In this document: piece by piece, positions 1 to 13,198 of the stretch
How the letters are laid out: the number at the start of each line of letters is the position of its first letter
Numbering within the stretch: the stretch's first letter is position 1
Source of the DNA: Octopus sinensis
Lineage: Eukaryota
DNA: 64,000 nucleotides
Direction: 5' to 3'
Assembly: GCF_006345805.1 (NCBI RefSeq)
Contig: NC_043017.1
Coordinates: 868,001 to 932,000, forward strand
Notes under the pieces: generated by a model
Databases searched by the model: none
Told to the model about the DNA's origin: nothing
The model's input: the letters and a program-made list of their open reading frames with translations, nothing else
Translations under genes and position numbers: made by a program

Positions 1-3
1 CTT

Positions 4-38
<35 letters not shown>

Positions 39-499
39 ATTACTACTACTACTGCTACTACAAGATACCCTACTGCTTGTAGGGTATCTTGTGTCTCCCA
101 TTATGAAGTTAAATCGTGTCCAAGTCGAAGACAAAGTGAGATAACAAACCCGAATAACATTTATTTACAGGCTCGAAGTTTCGCTCTCGTTAACCATCTC
201 TAGCGTAGTGTATTGTTCTCCGTGTTGTGTGTGAGAGGCAGCGAGACGAGCTGCTTCTAGCGTGAGAGGCGTTCGGGGAACAGAGAGAATAAACAAGCTC
301 AAGAGCTGTCTTAGGTGTCCTTCTCGAAAGGCTTACTGTCTCGTTGTGCATGCCCACCGGGAATTTTTGAGATCACGCTCCGGTCTCGAGCAGCTAATGG
401 CTGCCAGCGAGATCTTAATATGGCGCGTCTGTGCGATACTACAAAGCCCCCCCCCCCTGAGAAGTCAGGTTCAAAATTAAAAAGTTGTAGGAGAGCACA

Positions 500-710
<211 letters not shown>

Positions 711-1234
711 CAGAGATGCACGTATATATAGTTGCATAAGAGCCAATATGCTATTGGACCTGACATACGGATTTGATGTTGTCAATTTATGCCTATAGTT
801 GAGCACGGTGTAATAAATTTACACGGCACAAGACACCCGGGTTTATAGCCTGTTTCCTGACCGTTTTCCCGTTGATAGGTAGCAGCAGCAGCGGCGGCGG
901 CAAAGAGAAATATTGAGAAGAGTCACGAAGCTGCTGCCATTACGTAACACTGTGTTCCAGACGAACGAGCGGAAGAGAGATGAGTTGGTTCAATGGTGGG
1001 TATTCATACTTGATACAGGCACAGACAAAAATTCTGCAGAAACCTGCAAAAACTTACTCGGTACATCTCACGCGCTCTCTCTAATACACACACACACACA
1101 CACATGCACCCACACACACACAAACACACACACACAAACACACACACACACACACATATGCATGCAGGCTGATGGAAAAACTTGTATATACGAGTGTGTA
1201 CCTCTGCACACCTATGCAACTACGTCTGTAAACA

Positions 1235-1310
<76 letters not shown>

Positions 1311-1333
1311 TACATATATATATATATACATAC

Positions 1334-1365
<32 letters not shown>

Positions 1366-1689
1366 GTGTGTGTGGTGTGTGTATATATACACGTATGTGA
1401 GTCTGTATCCACATGTATGTATTAAATTATATATAAAAATATGCATAAAGCATTTGGTTATATGTGTGTGTATGAGTGCGTGTGTGTGTGTGTGACTGCG
1501 TGTGATGTGTGTGTGTATAACTGCGTTTGTGTCTGTGTGTGTTTCCTGTTCCAAATGGATATTTATGCCTATACATATGAGTGCAGGCTATGTAATTACG
1601 CATATTTTTTCCTTTTTCTCTTTCTTCTATATATACATAAGTACATGCATATAAACATACATATATACACATACATGTGTATATATGTG

Positions 1690-1785
<96 letters not shown>

Positions 1786-1829
1786 TGCATATATACATAC
1801 ATACGTATATATATATTATATATATACAC

Positions 1830-1864
<35 letters not shown>

Positions 1865-1888
1865 CATACATACACACATATATATATG

Positions 1889-1935
<47 letters not shown>

Positions 1936-2885
1936 TATATAAGCATATCTTTGGTGTGCGTGTATGCGTAATCATCGATGACTTCTTTGAGTGCGTGTTA
2001 GTGATGTTAGATCACAAAGTTATTCCTTTATCGACAAACCAGCGTTCAAAGGTTTGTCTTTTTCCTCATTTGTTCTTATATAACAAAAAAAAAGAATAAA
2101 TAAATAAATAAATAAATACGATTGCAAAAACCGAAAACAATTCTGGCTGCATGTAATAATATCGGTCGACACACAGAGGTTTCTTTGTTGTCACTGTAAA
2201 CGCCATTGGTTGATGCAATTTCGACAGATTTATAGCTGAGTGTGAGACGGCTTTCACTGCGAGTTTTGCCAAAATGGATGATATATGCTGGGAAATATGG
2301 CTTCTAAGTTCTATGAAAATGTCCGCAAAACAATGGGGAAATATATTTCGTAAAGAATGAAAGAATTTAAATAAAGTAACTTATAAAAACGGAACACAAA
2401 AGAAGCATAAAATAAGTGCAAAGATTTGAAATGAAACGAAAGAAAAACAGGAAATTCATAAAAAATAAAGCAAAACAGCGAAAAAATCTGTAAGAAAATC
2501 CTATATTTTTGCCGCCTGTTAATAATCTTTTGTAGTAAGTTTTAAATTCCTTTATAGATTTTTGTTCGTCGCACTATATATTTGAATAGTGTGTTTGTTT
2601 GTATGCGTATGTGTATATATATGTGTATGTATGTCTGTGTGTATGTATGCATGTGCGTTTGTCGTCCCACATCAGACGTAGGTGAGGATGTTTGCACCGT
2701 GTTTCCTCTGCATTCGTCTTAACAATTCAAAATAGTTAATCCAGACAGCTGTATTCTACACACACAAACCTATGCGTATAAATACGTCCACATGCATGTG
2801 TAGATATATACATATTTAAACATGAATGAGTGCACTCAATTACACTGACACAAGTGTAAATACACATAAAGAAACACACCCCTAA

Positions 2886-2921
<36 letters not shown>

Positions 2922-3023
2922 CTATATATATATAGAGAGAGAGAGAGACACACACACACATATATATGCATACAGATATACATACCCATGCACACAGACA
3001 AGCATATATATGTACGCACACGT

Positions 3024-3055
<32 letters not shown>

Positions 3056-3070
3056 GTATATATATATATA

Positions 3071-3137
<67 letters not shown>

Positions 3138-3574
3138 ATTTATATATATATATATAAACTTTTGTCGTATAGTAGAAATGTGAGCGATTGCAAAGAATAC
3201 AATGCTACAAGATGGCTGTTATAACAAAAGAGAAGAAAAACAGAGAACGCAGTAAAGCAATGACGACGAAAAGAATCACGATTTAAATAACAGGCAATTG
3301 TGCGCATAATTTTCTAGAGAGGAGTGAAAGAAGAGGAATGAAACAGTGAAAAAATAGGCTGGCACTGGTTGAGAGAAAACTGAATGGAGTGAGTGGAATA
3401 TTATATATGATGCATTAATGGGAAACACTGAAGTCGGCTGCGACAGGTGAATTTAAAATATAGGGATAATGTAATTTCTGAAATCATAAAATATGAAACG
3501 GTTAGGCAGGGAAGATCGAAAATGATTACGATTGTTTGCATTAGAAGAGAGGTAGAAAGCAGACAAACGATGAG

Positions 3575-3612
<38 letters not shown>

Positions 3613-3713
3613 AGATAGGTGGATAGATAGGTAGATAGATATAGGGATTATTATTTATATAAGTAGATACGTAGATGGATACATAGATATTTCGGTGGCA
3701 ATATATACTTCAC

Positions 3714-3761
<48 letters not shown>

Positions 3762-3806
3762 CGTGTGTGTGTGTGTGCGTGCGCACGCGTGTGTTTGTGT
3801 GTGTGG

Positions 3807-3836
<30 letters not shown>

Positions 3837-3838
<2 letters not shown>

Positions 3839-4077
3839 AGGCGCGTAGCTTAGCGGTTAGTGTGTCAGCATCATGATCGTAAGATTGTGGTTTCGATTTC
3901 TGGACAGGGCGACGTGTTATGTTCTTCATTTCACGTTGCTCCAGTCCACTCAGCTGGCAAAAATGAGTGACGCTGCGATGGACTGGCGTCTCGACCAGCT
4001 GGGAAACACATACGCCATTGAAACCGGGAAACTGGGCCCATGATCCTAGCTAGGTTTTAAAAGAGCGCATTTATTAT
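3837..4077 (+). mobile_element. tRNA-derived SINE (family A)
   Basis: A-box-like TAGCTTAGCGG and B-box-like GTTTCGATTTC head, followed by the central TTTCACGTTGCTCCAGTCCACTCAGCTG motif shared with the copies at 15215, 37570 and 53151. AT-rich tail. Confidence 0.85.
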
Positions 4078-5299
4078 TTATATATGTATATATGTGTATG
4101 TGTGTGTGTGTGTGTGTGTGAGTGTGTGTGTGTGTGTGTGTAATATTATATATATATATATATTTATATTCATATTTAGCATTTCTCAGCGAATAGTTTA
4201 AGGATTGCTATATTATTGTTTTTCAGGACAAAATGGAAGCGGAACATGTGAAATTGAAACGAAAATATGTCGACTGATAAGTAAAATGCGATAGCAATAT
4301 GTACGGTAGATGTAATCGTCAGGCATTGATTTATCAATATTCAGAAAAACATACCCTAAGACTCAAATATTAAGGGGCGAAGTCTAACATCAAATCAAAA
4401 CGTAGTTATTTAGATTAACACTGTGTGATGGTACTTACAGGATTTCGAGCTATTTGCATCTTATAGATTAACTACCAAACGACTAAAACGGAGCTCACTC
4501 GAGTATGACCTTTAAAATGGTATGAATAAAGACGTTAGCAAAATACGGATACACAAATGACTGTGGTGGGATGGGTGAAGGTCTAGCACTAGTAAACCAT
4601 TCGCTAAAATTGATTTTTGGAGTTTGAACACTATTAAGACATTCGATATATAATAAATTAGAGACAAGTATGAAATTTATATGGATTTAATAACTTTAAA
4701 TATATATCTGATATAGTGATTAAGATAAACAGAGAAACATAATGACAGATGATGTACTTAAGTACATGACATACGTATATTCATAAATACATTCATACAC
4801 TCGCGCACACACACGCACGCACGCACACACACACATACACACACACATATATATAAATATATATCGATGTATATTAATACGTGTGTCTATGTGGATATAT
4901 ATATAAGTATATATCAGCACACGTACATATGAATATTTATACAAATATAGAAAAATGTTATGAACAACCGTATACAATGTGATATATATTATTTACGCTG
5001 ATACAGACACACTTATTTATATATTTATGTGCATAAATATATATCAGACATTTGCCGATGCGTGTTCTATTCTCTTCCCTGCCAGCTCTAACTCTCTTTG
5101 TCTGTCTGTTTTTCTCTTTCTCTCTGTCTCTCTCTATCCCTCTCTGTCTCTCTCTTCCTCTCAGACATACATACATGAAACGTGTATAATAATATAGTCC
5201 TATAAACCCAAATGTTTGTATTTATAGACATAAACCAAATATGCAATGGTGTATATGTCGGGGAAACCGGGGCAAGATGGACGTCAGCCTGCACATTGC

Positions 5300-5457
5300 A
5301 AACGACAGACAACGATTTCCATTGCATTTTCTGTGACGAACTTTATCAAGAACCCCCGACAGAAAATTCGATTGAATGCCAGCTGTGCAGTGAATGGGCA
5401 CATGAAAAGTGTGCTGGGGTTGAAATTGATGGCGGTACATTCATTTGTGTTCCCTAA
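5300..5457 (+). pseudogene. degenerate PHD-finger coding fragment, probably from a pogo/DDE_1-type DNA transposon
   Basis: Translates CIFCDELYQEPPTENSIECQLCSEWAHEKCAG...FICVP*, a C4HC3 spacing with the last Cys lost. The upstream GGGGAAACCGGGGCAAGATGG motif resembles pogo-like (sub)termini. Transposon origin is inferred. Confidence 0.6.
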
Positions 5458-5594
5458 TCAGCTATCTTGCTGACCGGTCACATTGAGCACTATTTCTGTG
5501 TCTTTAGTTATATAAAAAAAAAAACGAACCTTCAGGCGTGTTGGTGGAGTTGCAAACTGAGAGTATTTCTCATGATCAGAGTTTACTTTCACTG

Positions 5595-5900
5595 GGACCG
5601 AGAGAGCAACGGTGAGAGAAATGTGTGGAGTGAAGCTGTTTCATAAGAGGAGGGCTGAAGACTTGATGTGGTTGGATTAATCGGTGGAAGAGCGAAGGGA
5701 TTGCGGTGGGATGGGCATGTGTTGAGGAGACAGGTGGAAGAAGAGATAGGGAGGTTTGGCTTGAGACGAGAGGAGGCCCGAAAGAAGGCAAGATGGCGAG
5801 ATAATGCGAAGGCGAGTGATATGGCATTGGGGTAGATTCAGCCACCCCCGTTATCGGAGACAAAACCCGGATTTATAACACTGGATGATGATGATGATAT
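5595..5900 (+). mobile_element. RTE-clade LINE 3' fragment, internally deleted
   Basis: Decayed frames resembling RTERAMVR.MCGVKL, RW.GHVLRR and QVEEEIGR.GLRRE. Ends in a (GAT)n tail at about 5885-5900. Confidence 0.75.
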
Positions 5901-6303
5901 TATAGTATGTTGATATCTATATGCGTAAATACCATGAACGTATACATGCATAGCAGGTTGGTTGAAAGCATACACACACTGAGAAATGCATACGTTCTAA
6001 CACCCACCACACACCCCATACGAACACAGAGAAAGAGAGAGAGGGGGGGAGAGGTAAAGAGAGAAACGTTCATTTACAGATGTTTACGTATCCTGAGGAT
6101 AATTTAATTATAGTTCTCTAATTGGAGATACTTACATCTCTTCATTAATGAATTAACGTAATTATGTACGAATATATACGTTACACATACATACATGAAT
6201 AAATACACACTTATACATACATACATATATATATATATATTTATGTATATATATGTATAACTATCTATCTGCAAATACATATGTATATCAAAAAACATAC
6301 ATA

Positions 6304-6360
<57 letters not shown>

Positions 6361-6959
6361 ACATACATACCTATATCCAAATACGTATGTTTACATATAT
6401 GCATGCATGTATGTATGTACGTATATACATATATATATATACATTTATATATACAATGGATGTATATATACATGTGTGTACAAATATAGAAATAGTATAC
6501 ACTTAATAAATTTCACCACTTGTAATTATGTAATTTATCTGATAAAGCCAATTATATTAATTAGAATCCATCAGATGTATGTTATTATCGGTGCAAATTA
6601 ATTTGCTCTTACTTTAGCTCCTTCGATTAAACAATTATGTTTCTCTCCCCCTTTTGTTTTACCTTATATTGACACGTGAGTGTACGTACACACACATACA
6701 CGCACGCAAATACACACACACACACACACACACATATGTATGTATGTATTCAAGAGTGTGAGTGTGTGTATATATGTAACATATATATATATACGAATAC
6801 ACACATGTGTGTTTAGAAATACGATGGGTTTTTTTTCTAACGCAGGCGTCTGATGAGGTTTCCGAAATTTCTAGCTGATCAATTTGCATAGATGATTTGT
6901 TTATAGCAATCAAATATCTGTGCTGTGCATTTGCACACTGTGTATCAGATTGCTGCTAC

Positions 6960-7072
6960 CTGCGCGTATGCAATGCGTGCTGAACTTCCCATGTCGATGT
7001 GACCGCAGAACAACCCGAAACAACGCTCTATGCACAAGATAGCGCAATCTACCTCCAGACCGGACCCGATAT
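6960..7072 (-). CDS. candidate internal exon, product unidentified
   Basis: Non-repetitive GC-richer island bounded by tctttAG and CAG|GTAGCA. Open frame (D)IGSGLEVDCAILCIERCFGLFCGHIDMGSSARIAYAQ. No family recognised, and a second frame is also open. Confidence 0.25.
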
Positions 7073-7261
7073 CTAAAGATCAATGTTGCAATCATGAATA
7101 CCACATCTTATCAAGTGGGTCACGCGGCCTCACAGTAATGATATTCAGAAATACAAACACTTATGTGTACATAGATATAGATTAAATGTTATGTATACAT
7201 ACACAGACACACGCGCACACACATATGTATGTATACACATTTTTGCGTGTATTTATGTACA

Positions 7262-7344
<83 letters not shown>

Positions 7345-7346
<2 letters not shown>

Positions 7347-7520
7347 CTAAATATATACGGAGAGTTACGAAAAAAAAACAAAAGACCAAGACATGTTGTG
7401 TAGAGAAAACAAACAGATGTATTAGTATACTGTTCAAGCATAGAAAAAAAGTCTTTTACGTTTCGAGCCTACGCTCTTCTACAGAAAGGGACACAGAAAA
7501 AAACACGGAGAGAAAATGTG
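7345..7520 (-). mobile_element. Penelope-like terminal fragment with variant minimal hammerhead motif
   Basis: Same family as 61066-61245. Minus strand reads cttt-CTGTAGA-A-GAGC-gtag-GCTC-GAAAC-GTA-aaag at 7453-7488. Abuts a (TA)n array. Confidence 0.6.
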
Positions 7521-8305
7521 TCTAGTCGCTAATACAATCACAAGAAAATTCGATGCGTATAAACTTGAGAATATTTATTTGTACTCGCAATTTGCGTGTA
7601 CTTTTGTGTGGATATGTATAAATATTTTCATTTATTTCACTCAGTGTTTCGATGATGAAAGAGAAGTTATTAAGCAAATCCAGAAATTGATGAATCCAAA
7701 ACTGTCTCGATTTAGGTCAATGTTCATTGGTCATGTATTCTAGCTTGTGTGACTTTAATCTTTCTTATCTTTTGAGGTTGCTACTGAAAGGGCAACGTCT
7801 ACTGATATGATTACCAATTACTAATGTGTGGTATGAGAGGGGATTGTAGCCAAATCATATCAGACAATTGCTGCTACGCTGTGTATATTTTGTCTGTCGT
7901 TAATCGAGTCATATTTAAGTTTATGTATTGTGAGACTTTGACTTTTGCGTCTGAGAATTCATAGAACATAGCCAAATTTTATCTCTTACCTTTTTACTTG
8001 TTTCAGTCATTGTAATGTGGCCTTGCTGGAGCACCACGCTGGTACTTGTTACATTGTGCTTGAAGAACCAGCTGGTATTTATTCCATCGATGTCTTTCTC
8101 GCTGAGCAACTAAGTGACAACAGGTTACCAAATGGTAGAGGGGAGTGGAAAGCCTAAAGAGAAAGGGACACACATTAGGATGCATAGGCATTCACACACA
8201 CAAGTACACGCATATGCACACACACAGATACTCCCTCACATACATGCAAACACACACACAATACGTATATATATATATTATATATATATATATTATATAT
8301 ATATA

Positions 8306-8522
8306 TAAAACATTATTGGTGAATTGAAGAAATGGAGCTGAACGCAGATTGAACAGAAATCGTTTTATTTCATTCTACACGTGTTTCGAAGGCACAAATT
8401 ACCAAAATTATTCAATCGGATTTTGGTAATTTGTGCCTTTCGAAACACGTGTAGAATGAAATAAAACGATTTCTGTTCAATCTGCGTTCAGCTCCATTTC
8501 TTCAATTCACCAATATGTTTTA
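8306..8522. repeat. near-perfect fold-back inverted repeat (about 100-bp arms, 11-nt loop)
   Basis: 8315-8408 is the reverse complement of 8420-8514 apart from one 1-nt indel. Contains GAAACACGTGTA at 8442-8453. Confidence 0.95.
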
Positions 8523-8668
8523 ATTTCAATTATCCGCACCAACGCACGGTTGCAACGCCAGATGGTTGTACCTCCAACCGTGCTGTTTACTGCTGTGATT
8601 TTTGCTACTAAGGTATCGGTTAAACTTTTGATTAATCTACTACAAGATTATTCATCTTTCTATTTCAC

Positions 8669-8721
<53 letters not shown>

Positions 8722-8756
8722 GAAAGAGTTGCTATGTTAAAGCACGTGGTTAGATG

Positions 8757-8987
8757 TATAAAAGACGAAATAGAGTGGAAAAACTACACAAGGCTTGCCT
8801 AATATGGTTAAAGAATATATTAAATCGTTATGGTAGAAAAAGAAAATACGTAACCGGTTATTTCTCACAAAACAATGTTACTATAAGCAACATTTTATAA
8901 CATTTTTCTAACATAATTTAAATATATTCCTTAACCATTTACGACAAAGCCTTCTGTAGTTTTTTTCACTCTGTTTTGTCTTTTATA
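8757..8987. repeat. diverged inverted repeat element between (TA)n arrays
   Basis: 8757-8811 pairs with 8931-8987 at roughly 80% identity by eye. A related copy lies in reverse orientation at about 26936-27015. Confidence 0.75.
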
Positions 8988-9019
8988 TATAAAGAAGATT
9001 ATCTTATATATATTATATA

Positions 9020-9067
<48 letters not shown>

Positions 9068-9900
9068 GTAAATGTATGCGTATATACTGCTTGCGGATAT
9101 ATATAGATGCATACACACCCGCACACACTCACACACATATATGTATGTATGCATCCTTTATATATCCGCCAGCAGTATATACGCATGCGTTTATGATTCA
9201 GGTTTTCTCTCATTCAACCATGTCGCAAGAACAATACTCAGAATCGGAATACCATCTCCACCACCATCTCCACCACCGCCACCACCACCGCCACCACCAA
9301 CACCGCCACCACCAACACCGCCACCACCAACACCAGCAACAACTACTACTACAACAATTACGACGTAAACATTAATACACCCCCACACACACACACCAAT
9401 CCTACATGGCAGCTTCTCTATAAATAACTTTCACACTCGTTCCTGACTTTTTCACTTTCGTCTCTAGCATTAACTAAAATCTAATTGAAATATATTTAGT
9501 GCAATGATTGACTAACAATATTGAAGATCGATACAGAATTCCTATACATTTTCGTAATCTTCGATTTCTTGTGAACAAATATGTTATATAGACCAACGTT
9601 TGCTGAAAGCAAGAGCACAGAACGTGTTAGTCGATTCCTGTAAATATATTTCTTCAGCGAATTTAGCCTTCTTTATGCTTTTATATATTCAATAATATCA
9701 ATATGACACCGATTTCTCTGCCTTTCAGTAGATAAACATACACTTAAGTGCACACACAACATTCACGCATATCCACAGAAATGTTGACTTGTAAAAACAT
9801 TCATGATTACATACATACACGCATAGAGAGCTGTATACACACTTATATTAATGAATACATATAAATGTATTCATCCATCGGTTTATCTCGCTGTCTCTCA

Positions 9901-9990
<90 letters not shown>

Positions 9991-10059
9991 GTGTGTATAA
10001 GTGTTCATATGTATATATATATATATACATATATATATAATTATATATATGTATAATAA

Positions 10060-10212
10060 GTACTCCGTCGGTTACGACGACGAGAGTCCCAGCTGATACA
10101 ACCAACAGAACAGCTTGCTCGTGAAATTAACATGCAAGTGGCTGAGTACTCCACAGACACGTATACCCTTAACGCAGTTCTCAGAGATATTCCGCGTGAC
10201 ACAAAGTGTGAC
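10060..10212 (-). mobile_element. SINE 3' portion (same tail as 15215-15542)
   Basis: Shares CTCCGTCGGTTACGACGACG...GCTTGCTCGTGAAATTAA...GTGACACA.AGTGTGACAAG with the 15215 copy. Confidence 0.8.
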
Positions 10213-10214
10213 AA

Positions 10215-10454
10215 GATCAGAGAGGTTGTCAAAGATCTTACCACAGAAACAGCGAGCAAAAGTAAGTTGACGTTTCCAGCGCCATTTCCAAGCTATTGTG
10301 AAAGCTGAGGACAGCAACTGTGAGTAAACGGTTCGATTCCAGTCATATTCTAACGGATATATTTTGATTTTTTACAATCCTTCCATTTTTGGATGAGATA
10401 TTTCCCTTCAATTTCCATTTGATGCAAAGTGTAAAATGTAACGCGAACACACTG
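10215..10454 (+). mobile_element. maT/DD37D-type transposon right-end relic
   Basis: Frameshifted IREVVKDLTTETASK..RFQRHFQAIVKAEDSNCE* resembles a Tc1/maT transposase C-terminus. Followed by a TIR-like end ACGCGAACACACTG. Confidence 0.55.
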
Positions 10455-10465
10455 CCAAACATAAT

Positions 10466-10582
10466 ATTGGTTTCAACACAATGAGCAAATTCAAGGGGAC
10501 AGGCTAAGTCGATTGCATCCACCCCAGGGCTGAACTGGTACTTATTTTATCGACCCAGAAAAGATAAAAATCAAACTCGATC
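10466..10582 (-). mobile_element. SINE fragment (family B, GTCGATAAAATAAGTACCAG core)
   Basis: Reverse complement of the core found at 41390-41725 and 58803-59066. Confidence 0.75.
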
Positions 10583-11629
10583 AAACATGAAAAACGATAT
10601 GCTTCATGCCGATACAGAAGACTCCTGCTATTCTTTGATGGCGAAGGTTATCGCTTCTTTTTTGCTTGTGGTATGCCTCTATCTGAGTAGCCCTAGAAGA
10701 AAGGACCAGTTTGCACCTAGTGTCAGTAGGGAATTGGCATTAACTTGAAGACAAAGAGATTATGTGATTATATTTGCTGACGAAGAGAATGTGTCCTTTT
10801 TTCTTTTTTTTTATATTATCCCTATATTTACATGCCCCTAATTTACTGGAAAAAATTAGTGTCAGTAAAACATCGGGAGTAAAGTATGAAAAAACACAGA
10901 TGCTTCCCAGCCCTCAAAAAAAAAAATAAGTAAAGAAAAACACAGTAGGTACTTTGAAGTAGGTCAACCAATCACTCGTCCTCACTAATATCTACCATAC
11001 TGTAAATATTTACTACTCTGGAAATGATTTTTCTTGTTCAATAATTCCCTTCTGTTTTTCCCAGTAAATTATTCAATTATTTTTCGAAAAATGTACATCA
11101 TAAGTAACTTATTACTTTTACAAAAATCTGTCACAACTCAGTTATTAAACTAATAAATAATTTCGTTAGAAAGTCATTATTTTACAAACCACTGACAAAA
11201 CAATGATTACTTTTATTCCCCATTGTTATTATGAAACATCATCTTCAGGCCGGAGATAGTAACGCCATTTTGAAGTACTGTCAAAGAAAAGAACTTAATA
11301 TAATGACGCGTGTTTGCGTTCAAATTTCTCTCATTCTTTTAGTCTTAATTTTTTTCACACTCACTTTTCTCTTCTCACTCCTATCTCTTTCCCATAAGTT
11401 CGACTTCTTTCACCTACTTGAAGTAATCAATAAAACTACTAGTTAAAAACTGGGTTTAATATTTCAATAGTTTATCTTATTCTTTTTTTCTTTGGTGGGA
11501 TTTTTGGAGCATCAATACTCCTAAGGTCGGTTACCTGTTTTCCATGTTATATAAGAGTCCGAGATTGCAACCATCCCTATTGCATATGACGCCGGTTCGT
11601 TGCGAGGTACCTGGCTATCAATTTTTGTG

Positions 11630-12190
11630 AAGGGAGCAAATGGATTACATTGCTCGACTGGTAATTTATTTTGCTGATGATGATTGGATGGAAGGTAAAG
11701 TTCATTATGAACTTGTTTGAATTCTCAACATTAAGAAGCGGAAGAAATGCTGCGACAAAACATTCTTGCGTGAGTCCTAACGTTTCTGCAACCTCACCGC
11801 CTTAATTTGATAGGTCTTTTCAACGTGTATAGCATAGTACTTCCAGCTAGCAGAAACGTTAGAATTTCGAAATATATGCTTTGCGATGTTTGTTCCGGTC
11901 TTCTGAGTTCAAATCTCAAATAAGTCAACTTTGTCTTTCATTTTTACGCGGTCAACTAACAACGCCTCTCATATTTGCAGGCCTTATACCTCACTTAGAA
12001 ACTCTTAGAAGACCGCGAACTGGCAGAATTGTTACAGGGTCGGAAAACTGCTTTGCACTATTTGTTCGAGTCCTTTATGTGCTGAGTTGAAATCCCGCCG
12101 AGGTCGATAAATGAAATATCAGTCAGGTACTGGTCTCAGTGGTATCGACTAAAACTCTACCCTAAAATTTGTCAGCCTTCAGCCTTAATC
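11630..12190. mobile_element. cluster of three diverged family-B SINE pieces
   Basis: About 11630-11802 (-), 11840-11950 (+) and 12020-12190 (+). Each carries GCAGAAACGTTAG-like heads and/or GAGTTCAAATC(C)CGCCGAGGTCGA B-box-core motifs. Confidence 0.65.
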
Positions 12191-12642
12191 CGAAATCACT
12201 GAGGTTGTTCAAGGGCCAGCGTTAACTTATGAATCACCGAAAGTATAAATTATTACACTTACGCCACAGTATTATTAATTTCAAGATTTGTTCAGAGTGG
12301 CGACTTGATAAAAACCATGGAGGCTGACGTCATTAGGACATTACACTAACTTTACATACCTGCTTAATGAAACTTAACTTTGGGATTTGAAAAAATAGAT
12401 AAGTGTCCTGTAAATACAACGGTTGATCTAATTAGTTGTTGTCTCGATAAAATCCTTCTCCTTTTACCAAAGTTAGGAAATATCTATACAACTTCAAATT
12501 CAAGAGTGGAAGATGACTGGAGCAGTTGAGCAACGGTTGAAGTAGCAGTAAGTATCTATAAGGTAAAATTCGGAATTTTCTGAAATGGTGGATGGGGTAC
12601 ATTAGTAACAATTAATGTATTGATGTTACATTTTATTTCTTT

Positions 12643-13075
12643 TTAGAAACTTCTTATATCTCTCTTCTGCCCGGTATCCCTGGAAGACTTGTGTGGGTAG
12701 AGCCCTGTGGTACCTTCTCCATGGGTTCCACCCAAAGCAACCCTAAATAGATCTTCCAAATGGATTCTCAAGCATGACCAAAGGAGATTAAGTATATTTT
12801 CCAGTAATATCTTTCTTGGTGTACATTTTAGGTCAGCTGCCATATGGCTCAGCTTGACGAATCCATCATGCTATTCTTTCCTGCAAAATTCCAATCGCAT
12901 ATCCGTAGTGCCAGAGATGTGACCTCCCAATGCAATTAGCGTAACGACCTGAAGAGACACATTGATCTCTGCATCTCTTCGAGCAACGCTACTTCAAAGA
13001 CTATTTGGAGAAACCCAGTCTCAGCTAGTTGCATTTGCAATCGTACCCTTTTGGCCATTAACCAAACAGATTTGG
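12643..13075 (-). pseudogene. stop-punctuated coding-like relic of unknown family
   Basis: One frame runs about 140 codons with few in-frame stops (for example 12994-12996 and 12871-12873): SSVARRDAEINVSLQVVTLIALGGHISGTTDMRLEFCRKE*HDGFVKLSHMAADLKCTPRKILLENILNLLWSCLRIHLEDLFRVALGGTHGEGTTGLYPHKSSRDTGQK. Family not recognised. Confidence 0.35.
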
Positions 13076-13198
13076 AATTAATGTAGAAAAGAAGTTTCTT
13101 ATAAAACAGAAAATGAATGTCAGATAATAGTTTTTTCTTTTAGCTCAGTTGGATAATCCCATTAAGGGATTGTCAAGTCAGCCTCATAATTGGAGTAA

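Noticed and set aside
150-480. CpG-richer segment with YY1-like motifs (AATATGGCG, AATGGCTGCC), a possible promoter
   Set aside because: Short motif matches without a linked gene or transcript evidence are not supportable.
6813-6874. CTGATGA-GG(TTT)CC-GAAA hammerhead-like core at 6850-6867
   Set aside because: Stem I forms with a CUA triplet (6837-6839) but stem III then has one pair. The alternative stem III (6813-6820) leaves no stem I. No register gives a complete fold.
9076-9375. His/Gln-rich or Pro-rich ORFs
   Set aside because: Built on a (CCA)n tract preceded by microsatellite; no convincing splice sites.
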